64,000 nucleotides of DNA from an uncultured Alphaproteobacteria bacterium (GTDB lineage: Bacteria > Pseudomonadota > Alphaproteobacteria > Rs-D84): the NCBI GenBank assembly GCA_944392815.1, contig CALXXY010000002.1, positions 32,001 to 96,000 of the forward strand. The letters are read 5' to 3'. The stretch's first letter is position 1. Each line of letters opens with the position of its first letter. Both the position numbers and the translations under genes were made by a program. This document shows, in pieces, positions 19,214 to 28,872 of this stretch. The notes beneath the pieces were generated by a model. That model was not told where the DNA came from, searched no databases, and saw only the letters and a program-made list of their open reading frames with translations.

Positions 19214-20533
19214 CTACGGCAACCTGGGCGACCATGTTGGTTCCACCCCATACACACCATCAGGCAATTCGATATCATACACATTTTGCCCAGTAATATC
19301 GACGCTGCGAATATGGCTCATACGGTCCATACCATCAATTGATTTTTCTGTTTCATAGTACACCAACCGACGCGACCCAGGCGCCCAGGACGGTGCCTCC
19401 ATATACCAGCCGCCGGCCAAAATTTTTTCATTGCGTCCACGCGGATTCATAATACCGATGTAAAACGTATCATCTGCGATTTTTGTGAACGCGATGAATT
19501 TACCATCAGGCGACCACGCAGGCGTCGCATACCGCCCCGCCCCATACGTAATGCGTTCCACATCGCCGGTTTCTAAATCCAATATATAAATTTGTTGATT
19601 ACCACTGCGGTCGGAATTGAACGCCATTTTTTTACCGTCCGGCGAATACGACGGACTGGTATTCAGCGAATTTCCAAACGTTAATTGGCGCAATTTTTTG
19701 GATTCTATGTCATATTCATATATATGCGTTATACCATGCTTTACCAAAGACAGCGCGATTTTATTCCCATCTGGCGAAAAACGTGGCGCAAAATTCATGC
19801 CCCCAAATTGCCCCAAACGCCGCTGTTCACCTGTTTCCAAATCCAGCGTCCACACCATCGGGTCGTCATCGCGGAACGACAAAAACACGATTGTCTGCAT
19901 ATTCGGCGAAAAATGCGGCGACATAACAAAAGTATCCTCGTCCGACAGGTACCGCAATCCATATCCGTCCTGGTCCATAATCGCCATACGTTTCACACGA
20001 TCCTGGACGGGTCCGGTTTCTGCAATAAACACGATTTGAGTATCAAAATACCCAATTTCACCAGTTAAACGTTCATAAATGGCATCAGCCATAATATGCG
20101 CCAAACGTCGCACAGATTTTTTAGACGACACCAAACTTTGTGCCTCTATCTGTTCGCGGCCGGCAATATCCCACACCCAAAATTCCAGATTATACCGCCC
20201 ACCGGATTCAGCCGATAATTTTGCCTGGACCAGCACCTGGGCACGCACAGCCGACCATAATTTAAAATCCGGCATTTTGCCCATTTCAACAAATTCAGGC
20301 AACGCATCACGGGACACTATGCGAAACAACCCTGTCGATTTTAAATCGGCATCCACCACATCGCGCAACATTTCCGCATCTTTGGCAGAAACGTTCCCAA
20401 TCGTTTCGAATTTCTGCACGGCAACGGCAATGGGCTCGGTCGCGCCGGCAACAATATCAACCTTTAATTCAGCCCGTGCAGGCACCACCACCATGGCCCA
20501 GGCCACCAAAACTGCAAATATTTTTTTCATCAT
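19214..20533 (-). CDS. tolB: Tol-Pal beta-propeller protein TolB
   Basis: Signal peptide; RRLAH..AD.IYERLTGE.GYFDT; repeated PxFSPDG/PAWSPDG blades. Confidence 0.95.
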   Translation of the reverse strand: MMKKIFAVLVAWAMVVVPARAELKVDIVAGATEPIAVAVQKFETIGNVSAKDAEMLRDVVDADLKSTGLFRIVSRDALPEFVEMGKMPDFKLWSAVRAQVLVQAKLSAESGGRYNLEFWVWDIAGREQIEAQSLVSSKKSVRRLAHIMADAIYERLTGEIGYFDTQIVFIAETGPVQDRVKRMAIMDQDGYGLRYLSDEDTFVMSPHFSPNMQTIVFLSFRDDDPMVWTLDLETGEQRRLGQFGGMNFAPRFSPDGNKIALSLVKHGITHIYEYDIESKKLRQLTFGNSLNTSPSYSPDGKKMAFNSDRSGNQQIYILDLETGDVERITYGAGRYATPAWSPDGKFIAFTKIADDTFYIGIMNPRGRNEKILAGGWYMEAPSWAPGSRRLVYYETEKSIDGMDRMSHIRSVDITGQNVYDIELPDGVYGVEPTWSPRLP

Positions 20534-20621
20534 TTGTGTAAATCCTTTCCCAACAATACAGCAATTTTATATACATATTCTGAAAAAAGCAAGAAATCAC
20601 CACCCATTTTCCACCACACAC

Positions 20622-20753
20622 AATCGCCATCACAACCGCCCCCACAGCCGTAATTACAACCGTGTTGACGACCGCAATTACAAATGTATTGACAAATGTC
20701 AATACGATGATATAGTCACTTGTAAGTACGGCAGTATTGTCGCCAGTATAGGA
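20622..20753. repeat. Degenerate 12-bp-period tandem array (GT-N4-AC cores) over a sigma70 promoter; probable operator
   Basis: Consecutive 12-mers such as AGCCGTAATTAC, AACCGTGTTGAC, GACCGCAATTAC, AAATGTATTGAC, AAATGTCAATAC; perfect inverted repeat GTATTGACA-AA-TGTCAATAC at 20686-20705; TTGACA(20689)-N16-TATAGT(20711). Confidence 0.7.
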
Positions 20754-20761
20754 GTTTGTGT

Positions 20762-21016
20762 ATGCCAAATGTAATGCAACAATTGTTCATCATGAACATC
20801 GAAGCACTGTTAAAGGAATATGCCGCATATCGTGCATTTAACAAATCCGACAGTGTTATAAACATGCGCATTCCACACCCAATATTGGAACGCATAAAAA
20901 AATTGGCGGAACAGCAACATGTCCCATACCAATTATTAATATCATCAGTTTTATATTCTTTGGTCAGTGCGGACGCACCATCGCCCGCCCCCCAACAACC
21001 AACCCTGGGATACTGA
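20762..21016 (+). CDS. Ribbon-helix-helix (CopG/BrnA-antitoxin-like) DNA-binding protein
   Basis: K...INMRIP...LERIKKLAEQQHVPYQLLISSVL pattern; GGAG RBS before ATG 20762. Confidence 0.75.
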   Translation: MPNVMQQLFIMNIEALLKEYAAYRAFNKSDSVINMRIPHPILERIKKLAEQQHVPYQLLISSVLYSLVSADAPSPAPQQPTLGY

Positions 21017-21017
21017 T

Positions 21018-21959
21018 ATGGCCACAAAATTACACGAAGAAACATTCAACACACTGCAACACACCAAACATCGTGTGAATGAAAACATCGCCCCCAGTTT
21101 ATTTCCAACCGCGGACGAATTAAACGACACTGAATATTGGTTATTTTCAGATTTGTATAATCTGTTCGGCGAACAATATATGGGCACGCCCAACAAAATT
21201 CCCGACACGTTTTTATCCACAATAAATTTTTCAGAATTCAACAAATTGCCCGCCACAAATCCAGACGGCGAAAAACGCGCCCCAGATTACCATGCGTTCT
21301 ATAGTGGACACATGGCAACATTTTTCAATGATTACACATTAAAATCGCCACGCGGCACAATTGAAAAACGTGGCGCCATGGACGCAAAATTCACACGCTA
21401 TGCATGCTGGAAAATTTTACACCCGTGGACACACACCCTGTTCGCGCAGTTATATTTCATGACCCCAGACGCCACATTTGCAGAACTGTACAACGCGTCA
21501 TATAAATATTCGCGCATATATCAACGCGCGGAATTGGCCGAATATAACAAAACCATCAACGGCATCGCCAACAGACACCACGCCAACATGCGCGAATTCA
21601 ACGCATCACTGCACAGGGCGTTTTTCTATTCCACCGACCACCACGCAATTATGGACGCGTATAATTTAACCGGCAACATTTTGGACCACATGGGATTATT
21701 GTCATTATCCGCCCGCAAAAGCGCCCTGTATCGCACAATTCGCAAATGGGACACAAATAAAAATATGTCATTTAGGCAATTTACCAACCTGTTATATAAC
21801 GAACTGGTGGACGCACGTGTAAAAATGATTCAGGACACAGGCCGCGCCCCCGAACGCGATATTTCAAAACAATCAATTCAGCAAATCACACGGGAATTAC
21901 AACAACGGGAACGCGCATTCGTAAATAAATTCGCCTATCAACATCTGCGCCAGGGGTAA
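21018..21959 (+). CDS. DinD-like protein (divergent)
   Basis: KFTRYACW resembles DinD LxRYACY; R...R.EL...NK and ILDHMG motifs; starts 1 bp after the RHH stop. Confidence 0.6.
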   Translation: MATKLHEETFNTLQHTKHRVNENIAPSLFPTADELNDTEYWLFSDLYNLFGEQYMGTPNKIPDTFLSTINFSEFNKLPATNPDGEKRAPDYHAFYSGHMATFFNDYTLKSPRGTIEKRGAMDAKFTRYACWKILHPWTHTLFAQLYFMTPDATFAELYNASYKYSRIYQRAELAEYNKTINGIANRHHANMREFNASLHRAFFYSTDHHAIMDAYNLTGNILDHMGLLSLSARKSALYRTIRKWDTNKNMSFRQFTNLLYNELVDARVKMIQDTGRAPERDISKQSIQQITRELQQRERAFVNKFAYQHLRQG

Positions 21960-22007
21960 AAAATAAAAGGGAAAAAATCGGGCGGCCATTCGGCCGCCCA
22001 TTTTAAA

Positions 22008-22385
22008 TTACCAATCCATAATAACGTTTTGGCAATTAATAAGTTCCAATCCAGCTGACGACAGGAAAAATTGCAACACCACACCGATACCGAACAGCAA
22101 CACAAAACCGACCAGCATACCGGTACCCTTTGTTTTCAAGTCATCTAATTTCATATCGGCGGGCTTACTAATATAACCCCACGCCCAACCGGCTATAATG
22201 AACGCGGCACCAACAAACGCCAACGTACGTAAAATTTTAAACACGCCGTACATTTGCCCAATCAATGCACACAAACCAGATTCATTGACACCAACGCCCC
22301 CGGCGGCCCCAGCCGCCATCGCAGCGCCACCCGCCGCCAAAACAACAACGCCGGCCAATCCAATTTTTTTCAGTATATTTTTCAT
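22008..22385 (-). CDS. VirB2/TrbC-like pilin
   Basis: Signal peptide ending AMA, LC..I, then two hydrophobic segments separated by a short charged loop. Confidence 0.55.
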   Translation of the reverse strand: MKNILKKIGLAGVVVLAAGGAAMAAGAAGGVGVNESGLCALIGQMYGVFKILRTLAFVGAAFIIAGWAWGYISKPADMKLDDLKTKGTGMLVGFVLLFGIGVVLQFFLSSAGLELINCQNVIMDW

Positions 22386-22508
22386 ATAAATCCCCTTTCT
22401 TTTCCCTTAATTCTATCATAAATTTTTCCTGGATTCAAGCCCCATCGCCACCCCATCAACATAAAAAAACGGGCAACAAACGTTGCCCGCGTATCCGAAC
22501 GATTTTGA

Positions 22509-22886
22509 TTACATCGCCGGCACAATAACATATCTGCGTGTCAAAACAGGTTTCGCACATGTGTCACATGAACTTTTTTTCACACTGCATGCGTCACAGG
22601 AAACTTTTTCAGCCGCAGGAACCAAAATCTGGCGATCATGACGTGGCGCCTGGCCAAAATTGTCCATGGCATACAAATCCTCACAGCGCGTATTGCGATA
22701 AACAATTTTTTTGCCTGTGTCCAAACCACCCACATAGCGCGAAAAATTACGTCCATATTCCCCGGCATAGTAAATACAATCCTGACCATCTTGGGTATAA
22801 CGGACGCCGCCCTTGTAATAATCATAATAAGCACCACACCCGGCCAGCGATGTCAGCGCGATTACAGAAACCAGAACTTTTTTCAT
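22509..22886 (-). CDS. Hypothetical Cys-containing lipoprotein
   Basis: MKK start, lipobox LAGC, two CxxC motifs near the C-terminus. Confidence 0.75.
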   Translation of the reverse strand: MKKVLVSVIALTSLAGCGAYYDYYKGGVRYTQDGQDCIYYAGEYGRNFSRYVGGLDTGKKIVYRNTRCEDLYAMDNFGQAPRHDRQILVPAAEKVSCDACSVKKSSCDTCAKPVLTRRYVIVPAM

Positions 22887-23085
22887 ATAATGCCTCTTTT
22901 GGTTTTTAATCTGTTATCTCTCTGACATGCTCCCCGATTCGTACTTTAATTGTTGCACAAAAATATTCATTGTCAATATTTTTGTTGATTCGCTTTTTGT
23001 ATGAATCCGCAAACTTTCCCATATTTTATTATGGGCGCAGATTAAATGATTGTGATATAATTTCCACAAAATATGGGGGACTAAT

Positions 23086-24024
23086 ATGGATTACAAAGAT
23101 TTCGGTTTGGTAAACACAAAACAAATGTTTGCGAACGCACTGGCAAATCACTATGCGGTGCCCGCTTTTAATTTTTACAATATGGAAACTTTGGTCGCCA
23201 TCGTGGCCGCCGCCCGCGATACGCACAGCCCGGTTATTTTGGCGGTGTCGGAATCTGCATTGAAATATATGGGCGACGACATGCTGCGCGGCATGATTTG
23301 GGGATTAAATTTAACACCGAACGAAAATGTCGCATTGCACCTGGATCACGGTTCATCATTTGAATCATGCGTGCACGCAATTGAATTGGGATTTTCATCG
23401 GTAATGATTGACGGTTCAAAATTGCCATTTGACGCGAACGCAGACCTTACACGCACAGTTGTCGAATTTGCACATAAATACGATGTTTCGGTTGAATCTG
23501 AATTGGGCACTCTGTCCGGCATAGAAGATGAAAACACTCAATCCGCCACGTCCAGTTATACCAACCCCGACGACGTCGTAAATTTTGTAAATAAAACGGG
23601 CACAGATTCATTGGCCATCGCAATCGGCACCAGTCACGGCGCATACAAACGCAAATCAGACGACGAAGAATTGCGATTTGACATTCTGGACGCAGTTGCC
23701 AAACAATTGCCGGATTTTCCGCTGGTATTACACGGCGCGTCCAGTGTACCTGAACAATTTGTCAAAACAATAAATGAATTCGGCGGAAAAATGACCAACG
23801 CCCGTGGCATAGCCCCCGACCAATTACGCCGCGCGGTTCAAATGAACATTTGTAAAATAAATGTGGACAGCGATTCCCGCCTGGCATTCACGGCGGGCGT
23901 GCGCGAACAATTGGCCACCCACCCAGAAAATTTTAACCCGCGCGATTATCTGAACGCCGGTCGAGAAAATATATACGCCAATTGCGTGGACGAAATCAAA
24001 AACATAATGCAAAGCGGAAAATAA
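23086..24024 (+). CDS. fba: Class II fructose-1,6-bisphosphate aldolase
   Basis: AVPAFN, LHLDHG, SSVMIDGS, LAIAIGTSHG, LVLHGASS, KINVDSD. Confidence 0.95.
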   Translation: MDYKDFGLVNTKQMFANALANHYAVPAFNFYNMETLVAIVAAARDTHSPVILAVSESALKYMGDDMLRGMIWGLNLTPNENVALHLDHGSSFESCVHAIELGFSSVMIDGSKLPFDANADLTRTVVEFAHKYDVSVESELGTLSGIEDENTQSATSSYTNPDDVVNFVNKTGTDSLAIAIGTSHGAYKRKSDDEELRFDILDAVAKQLPDFPLVLHGASSVPEQFVKTINEFGGKMTNARGIAPDQLRRAVQMNICKINVDSDSRLAFTAGVREQLATHPENFNPRDYLNAGRENIYANCVDEIKNIMQSGK

Positions 24025-24115
24025 ATGTGGTGACAATTGCGAAATGTACCGATATAAAATAAATTAGAACGGTATAAATGCGAAGATTGGCGGGTGTGAA
24101 GTGTACAACCGCTAT

Positions 24116-24223
24116 ATAAAATAAATTAGAATGATATAGATGCCGACAAAAAATTTGCGTAGTGTATTAAACATACATGAGCAAATTTTTTGTCGGCAGA
24201 TATGTTATTATAATTTATTTTAT
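24116..24223. repeat. ~108-bp palindromic element (RPE-like miniature element) between convergent fba and efp
   Basis: Perfect 18-bp stem TGCCGACAAAAAATTTGC/GCAAATTTTTTGTCGGCA; outer arms ATAAAATAAATTA/TAATTTATTTTAT; truncated left-arm duplicate at 24052-24110. Confidence 0.75.
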
Positions 24224-24789
24224 TTTGCCCGTTCGACGTATTCCAGGGTCTCAGTATTCACTACGATTTTCTCGCCCTGCTCGATGAACAGGGGCACTTG
24301 AACACGAACACCGTTGTCCAAAATGGCCGGTTTGCCGCCACTGTTGGAAACAGTTTGACCCTTTAATGCGGGTTCGGTTTCTTCGACGGTGGCAACGACT
24401 GTTTTCGGCAAAGAAACAGATACGGGCTGACCCTCGACAAAATTGACTTTGACGGTCATTTCAGGGGCTAAAAATTTCATCTGTTCACCCAGGGATTGTG
24501 CGGGCACTGTGAATTGCTCGTAATCGTTCAGGTTCATAAAATATGCGTCTGTGCCATCAGAATACAGATATTGGCAATCAATATCCTCGACCATTAATTT
24601 TTCGACTTTATCTTCGGCCCGCCAACGGTTGTTGTCTTTGTTCCCAGAATCAATATCGCGCAGGTCCGCCTGGACGAATGCACCGCCCTTGCCTGGTTTA
24701 ACCTTGGTTATGGACATAACGGAATAACGTTTACCATTGTGGGAAATAACCCAACCCACACGCATATCGTTTGCAATATATGAAGCCAT
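24220..24789 (-). CDS. efp: Elongation factor P
   Basis: VKPGKGGAFVQ, QYLYSDG, KPAILDNG..VQVPLFI..GEKI.VNT...YVER. Confidence 0.97.
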   Translation of the reverse strand: MASYIANDMRVGWVISHNGKRYSVMSITKVKPGKGGAFVQADLRDIDSGNKDNNRWRAEDKVEKLMVEDIDCQYLYSDGTDAYFMNLNDYEQFTVPAQSLGEQMKFLAPEMTVKVNFVEGQPVSVSLPKTVVATVEETEPALKGQTVSNSGGKPAILDNGVRVQVPLFIEQGEKIVVNTETLEYVERAK

Positions 24790-24849
24790 AATGATACCCC
24801 TTTGTAATTTTTTGAATATTATAAATTTTGCACGTGCCAGCGCAAGCGT

Positions 24850-25392
24850 TTATTGCGCCGCACGTTTATGCGCCCAATATCTGTCGATACTGTCCATAAT
24901 GATTTTATCGGCCTGGCTGCGGTCGGCCCACCCCATAACCCGCGACCAAGAATTCGGCTGCAAATCTTTATAGTGTTGAAAAAAGTATTCGATTTTAGAA
25001 CGCAAAATCGCAGGCAACTGTTCAATGTATTCGGTTGTCATGTAATACGGATCAATATTGTCACGCGGCACACAAATAATTTTTTCATCACCACCGGCCT
25101 GATCCTCCATCAGCAATGCGCCGATTGGGCGAACCTCGATAATAACGCCGGGACGCAAAGGCGAATTACACACAACCACGCAGTCCAACGGGTCGCCATC
25201 ATCGCCCAACGTGCCCGGGAAATACCCATAGTTTGCAGGATACGCCATGGGCGTGTGCAAAATTCTGTCCACACGCGGCAGACCTGTGGCCTTGTCAATT
25301 TCATATTTCACATGTCCGTTTTCAGGGACCTCTATTATCGCATTCATATTTTTTGGTGGCTGTTTGCCTGGTGCGATTTCTTCTATACTCAT
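24850..25392 (-). CDS. ppa: Inorganic pyrophosphatase (family I)
   Basis: KYEIDK, YPANYG, DGDPLD, D.KI, FFQHYKDL; start trimmed. Confidence 0.96.
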   Translation of the reverse strand: MSIEEIAPGKQPPKNMNAIIEVPENGHVKYEIDKATGLPRVDRILHTPMAYPANYGYFPGTLGDDGDPLDCVVVCNSPLRPGVIIEVRPIGALLMEDQAGGDEKIICVPRDNIDPYYMTTEYIEQLPAILRSKIEYFFQHYKDLQPNSWSRVMGWADRSQADKIIMDSIDRYWAHKRAAQ

Positions 25393-25460
25393 AATCATTA
25401 ATCCTTTGTTTTCCGGGGAAATATTATCATAAAAAAACAAATTTGCAATTCGAATCGGGC

Positions 25461-25495
25461 AAAAAAATCCCGCGATTGTTTCGCGGGATTTTTTT
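25461..25495. terminator. Terminator hairpin after dnaN (AAAATCCCGC family)
   Basis: A7-TCCCGCGA-TTGTT-TCGCGGGA-T7. Confidence 0.8.
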
Positions 25496-25508
25496 ACATT
25501 GTTTCACA

Positions 25509-26627
25509 TTACATACGCATTGGCATTAACACGAACAAAGCGTCTGTATTTTTGTCGGTCGATTTTATAATTGTCGGCGACAAAGGATCCTGCATTTCCA
25601 TTTGGAATTTTTCGCCCTCTACCTGGCCGGCAACGTCCATCAGGAATTTCACATTAAATACAACGGTAAACGAACTGTCGCCATTGTATTCCACGTCCAA
25701 TTCCTGGGTTGCGGTTCCGGCATCTGGGCTGGACGCATTAACAACCAATTTGTTCATGGTAAATGTCAATTGTACAGATTTAGTTTTATCAACACTGGCA
25801 ACCGACACCAAATCGACAGCATTTAAAAACTGTTTTCTATCCAAAATTGCGATTTTATCGTTGCCCTTTGGAATAACGACACGATAGTTTGGATATTGCG
25901 CGTCCACCAATTTGCTGGTCAACGTTGCGGCACCAACTGTAAACCGTGCCTTGGTATCAGACAATTCCACGGTCACATCGTCGACGGTGGCGTCCTCCAG
26001 TAATTTGGACAATTCACCAATAACGCGACGCGGCAAAATCACAGCCGGCATTTCCGCACTGCCCGCCGGTGCCGGCATGGCACACAGCGCCATACGCTGG
26101 GCGTCGGTTGCGACAGCGGTTAACATTTTTTCTTTGCCTTCGTCAGAAATGTGGAAATAAATCCCGCCCAGATGATAACGCACATCATCGGTTGGAATTG
26201 CGAATTTAGTTTGATTGATTAAATGTGCCAAATCCCCGGTTGTCATCTGGAATTTAGTGGTCAAATTACTGCCCGCCATGGCCGGGAAATTTTCCGCCGG
26301 CAATGTTGGCAAATGGAACACAGCGCGCCCACTGGACACAACCAATTGATCCCCAGATTGTTTGAACGAAATTTCCGCATCGTCCGGCAATTTACGAACG
26401 ATATCATACAACATCTGGACCGGCACAGTCGTTTTCCCGCCCAACGTGATATCGGCGGCGACATGTTCCACCAATTCCAAATCAACATTTGTCGCAGACA
26501 AAATTAAATCATCTGCAACCTCTATTTTAACATTCATCAATATTGGCAACGTCGCGCGTTTTTCAACGATTGATTGCATATGCCCCAGCGCGCGAATTAA
26601 CACCTGACGAAACACTGAAAATTCCAT
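25509..26627 (-). CDS. dnaN: DNA polymerase III beta sliding clamp
   Basis: TLPILMNV, ATNVDLE, AVATD, YPNYR.VIP, C-terminal VLMPMRM. Confidence 0.97.
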   Translation of the reverse strand: MEFSVFRQVLIRALGHMQSIVEKRATLPILMNVKIEVADDLILSATNVDLELVEHVAADITLGGKTTVPVQMLYDIVRKLPDDAEISFKQSGDQLVVSSGRAVFHLPTLPAENFPAMAGSNLTTKFQMTTGDLAHLINQTKFAIPTDDVRYHLGGIYFHISDEGKEKMLTAVATDAQRMALCAMPAPAGSAEMPAVILPRRVIGELSKLLEDATVDDVTVELSDTKARFTVGAATLTSKLVDAQYPNYRVVIPKGNDKIAILDRKQFLNAVDLVSVASVDKTKSVQLTFTMNKLVVNASSPDAGTATQELDVEYNGDSSFTVVFNVKFLMDVAGQVEGEKFQMEMQDPLSPTIIKSTDKNTDALFVLMPMRM

Positions 26628-26754
26628 AATATGCTCCTGTTAAATCTTTTTCGTCCTACATTCCGTTAAGACGATTTTAACAAAAAAGCCCGATTCGGTG
26701 CAAGGGTTATTCCAGGAAAAACAGCATATACAAAAATTTTCTGCGTCAAAAAAG

Positions 26755-28851
26755 TTATTGTTGAACAGTATCCTGATTTAAAATGCCGTTTACTAAATCG
26801 CCAACCGGCACATTTAACCATTCAGGATCATCGCGCTGTGCCGGCGCACCGCGTTTCATGGCCGTTTCACACGGATTGCTGTCGGCCAACCAATTTTCCA
26901 ACAAATCCCCAGCCAACAATCCAACGCCCGCCCCGGCGACCAAGCCAATCCCGCCCGTAAACGGCGCCAACAATAAACCAATGCCGGTCGCAGACGCAAC
27001 TTTGCCCGCGACAGCGGCGCCACTGATTTGCACAGTTGGTTCCGCCAGGTTATCTGTTATCTCGATAGAATTCACAACATTGCCCGTCAACGACAGTTTT
27101 AATCCCCGCACAGGAACCGTTGTCAACGCCAATTTAATATTTTCGTTCCCCAAATCCAAACTGCCCGCCAGACGAACATTTATCGCATTTGTTTCCAACG
27201 CGACACCATTTTGCGTTTCAATCAATCCATTACGCAATTTAGTATTAATCGACACACATGAAATATTTATCTGGTTATATTTCTTTTCAGAACTGAACAA
27301 ATCAGTAATACTGTGCCGCAACGTGGTCAGGAAATCTGTGCCATAAATATTGGACACCAACGCCGAATGCGCATACCCGCCCGCCGCAGAATAAATTTGC
27401 ACCGGCCCGGTAATAGTTTGCATAATTTCGGACAAATTCGTTCCATTTGCCTGGACATACATATCAAAATTCACAGGCAATTCAGATATAAAATCGCGAA
27501 TTTTTATTTGATTTAATAAATTACCAATAACTATGCCGCGCCCTGTGCCGCCCAAATCAATATACAACCGCCCATCAGGATTTATATCCACATTGGCCGC
27601 CGCACGCACAGCGCCATCTGCAATCACAGTTGTTGCATCGATGCGCGCATGTCCATTTTCCAATTTCACATGTGCGTCCATATCGCGCAAATTAAAATCA
27701 CGATAAACTATGAAATTATCCAACATCACATGCAAATCGGCATTAAATTTTAAATATTCAGTCCCATACAATGGAATATCATGAAACACATTTAAATCGC
27801 GATTTGGGTGCACCCAACTGCGCCCATATAAATCAGGGAACAATTCCAACAAACTGATTGATTTCGATTCAATTGTCGCGGTCAATTTCGGCAAATCGCC
27901 AGACCAATCCACCACACCAGAAAACGCCAAAGTATTTCCGCGCACAGTCAGCGATGAATTACGCAACGTTAATTTTTGCCAATCGTACCCCCCCGCAATA
28001 TTCACGGACATCGTCGGCATGGGTTGTAAATCCAGATTGAACATATTGCCCAATGCCACGACGTCTGGGATATCACCTTTGATAATAAAATCAATGGGGG
28101 CTTTGCTGGTGCCCTCCAGCGCGACATTTGCAATCAATGCGTCACCACCCGTCGCGAACGCTATGCGCACAGGATACACTTTGCGTTCAGCATTATATTT
28201 TGAAAACGACACAATAAACGGAAAAACATCACCATCATTACGCAACCAACCACTGTACTCCAATGTATCTTCGCGTGGCATATACCGAATTTGCACCCCA
28301 TCAATATCATATTGCGTACCCAAAAAATCGGCCGACAAATTTTGAATTTCCAATCCCCCCAGCCCAGACGCAGCAAATGGGAAATCGGCCGGCACGTCAA
28401 CGCTTTTCCCCGCATCCGTCGCCACATCACCAATATTCGGCACAACGGAAAATTCGCCCCCTGCGTTTTGTTCAACACATATATTCGCATCATAAATTTT
28501 TATATTTTGAATTGTTGGTCTGTCCCGAAACAAAGAAATCAAATCCAACGTCACATCAATTTTTTCAGCACTGAACGCGTTTTCGTGGTGTGCCCAATCA
28601 GCATTTGGCACGCGCACCCGATTCAATTCAATTTGCGGACGCAACGATAATTTCCACGACACAGCCCCATCAATTTCCACAGGCAATCCAGTTGCGTCCT
28701 GTAATACAGTCAAAACACTGCTGCGCAAAGATTCCAAATTTATCTGGGACAACGCGACAACAACCGCCACCACCAGTCCCATCACAAACAGAACCAGTAC
28801 ACGCATTATTTTAAAAAAACTTCCTTTTTTCTGTTTTTTTGCCTTTGCCAT
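26755..28851 (-). CDS. AsmA family protein
   Basis: N-terminal TM anchor, ATG..V.IDG...W.L...P.I.L..V...N, long beta-rich body, G.LDL..E.I.L. Confidence 0.8.
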   Translation of the reverse strand: MAKAKKQKKGSFFKIMRVLVLFVMGLVVAVVVALSQINLESLRSSVLTVLQDATGLPVEIDGAVSWKLSLRPQIELNRVRVPNADWAHHENAFSAEKIDVTLDLISLFRDRPTIQNIKIYDANICVEQNAGGEFSVVPNIGDVATDAGKSVDVPADFPFAASGLGGLEIQNLSADFLGTQYDIDGVQIRYMPREDTLEYSGWLRNDGDVFPFIVSFSKYNAERKVYPVRIAFATGGDALIANVALEGTSKAPIDFIIKGDIPDVVALGNMFNLDLQPMPTMSVNIAGGYDWQKLTLRNSSLTVRGNTLAFSGVVDWSGDLPKLTATIESKSISLLELFPDLYGRSWVHPNRDLNVFHDIPLYGTEYLKFNADLHVMLDNFIVYRDFNLRDMDAHVKLENGHARIDATTVIADGAVRAAANVDINPDGRLYIDLGGTGRGIVIGNLLNQIKIRDFISELPVNFDMYVQANGTNLSEIMQTITGPVQIYSAAGGYAHSALVSNIYGTDFLTTLRHSITDLFSSEKKYNQINISCVSINTKLRNGLIETQNGVALETNAINVRLAGSLDLGNENIKLALTTVPVRGLKLSLTGNVVNSIEITDNLAEPTVQISGAAVAGKVASATGIGLLLAPFTGGIGLVAGAGVGLLAGDLLENWLADSNPCETAMKRGAPAQRDDPEWLNVPVGDLVNGILNQDTVQQ

Positions 28852-28872
28852 TTGTCCCAGCATTAATTTTGT

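Noticed and set aside
20469-20768. 99-aa hydrophobic minus-strand ORF upstream of tolB
   Set aside because: Its V/T/A periodicity is a by-product of the 12-bp array, and it overlaps the tolB and RHH starts.
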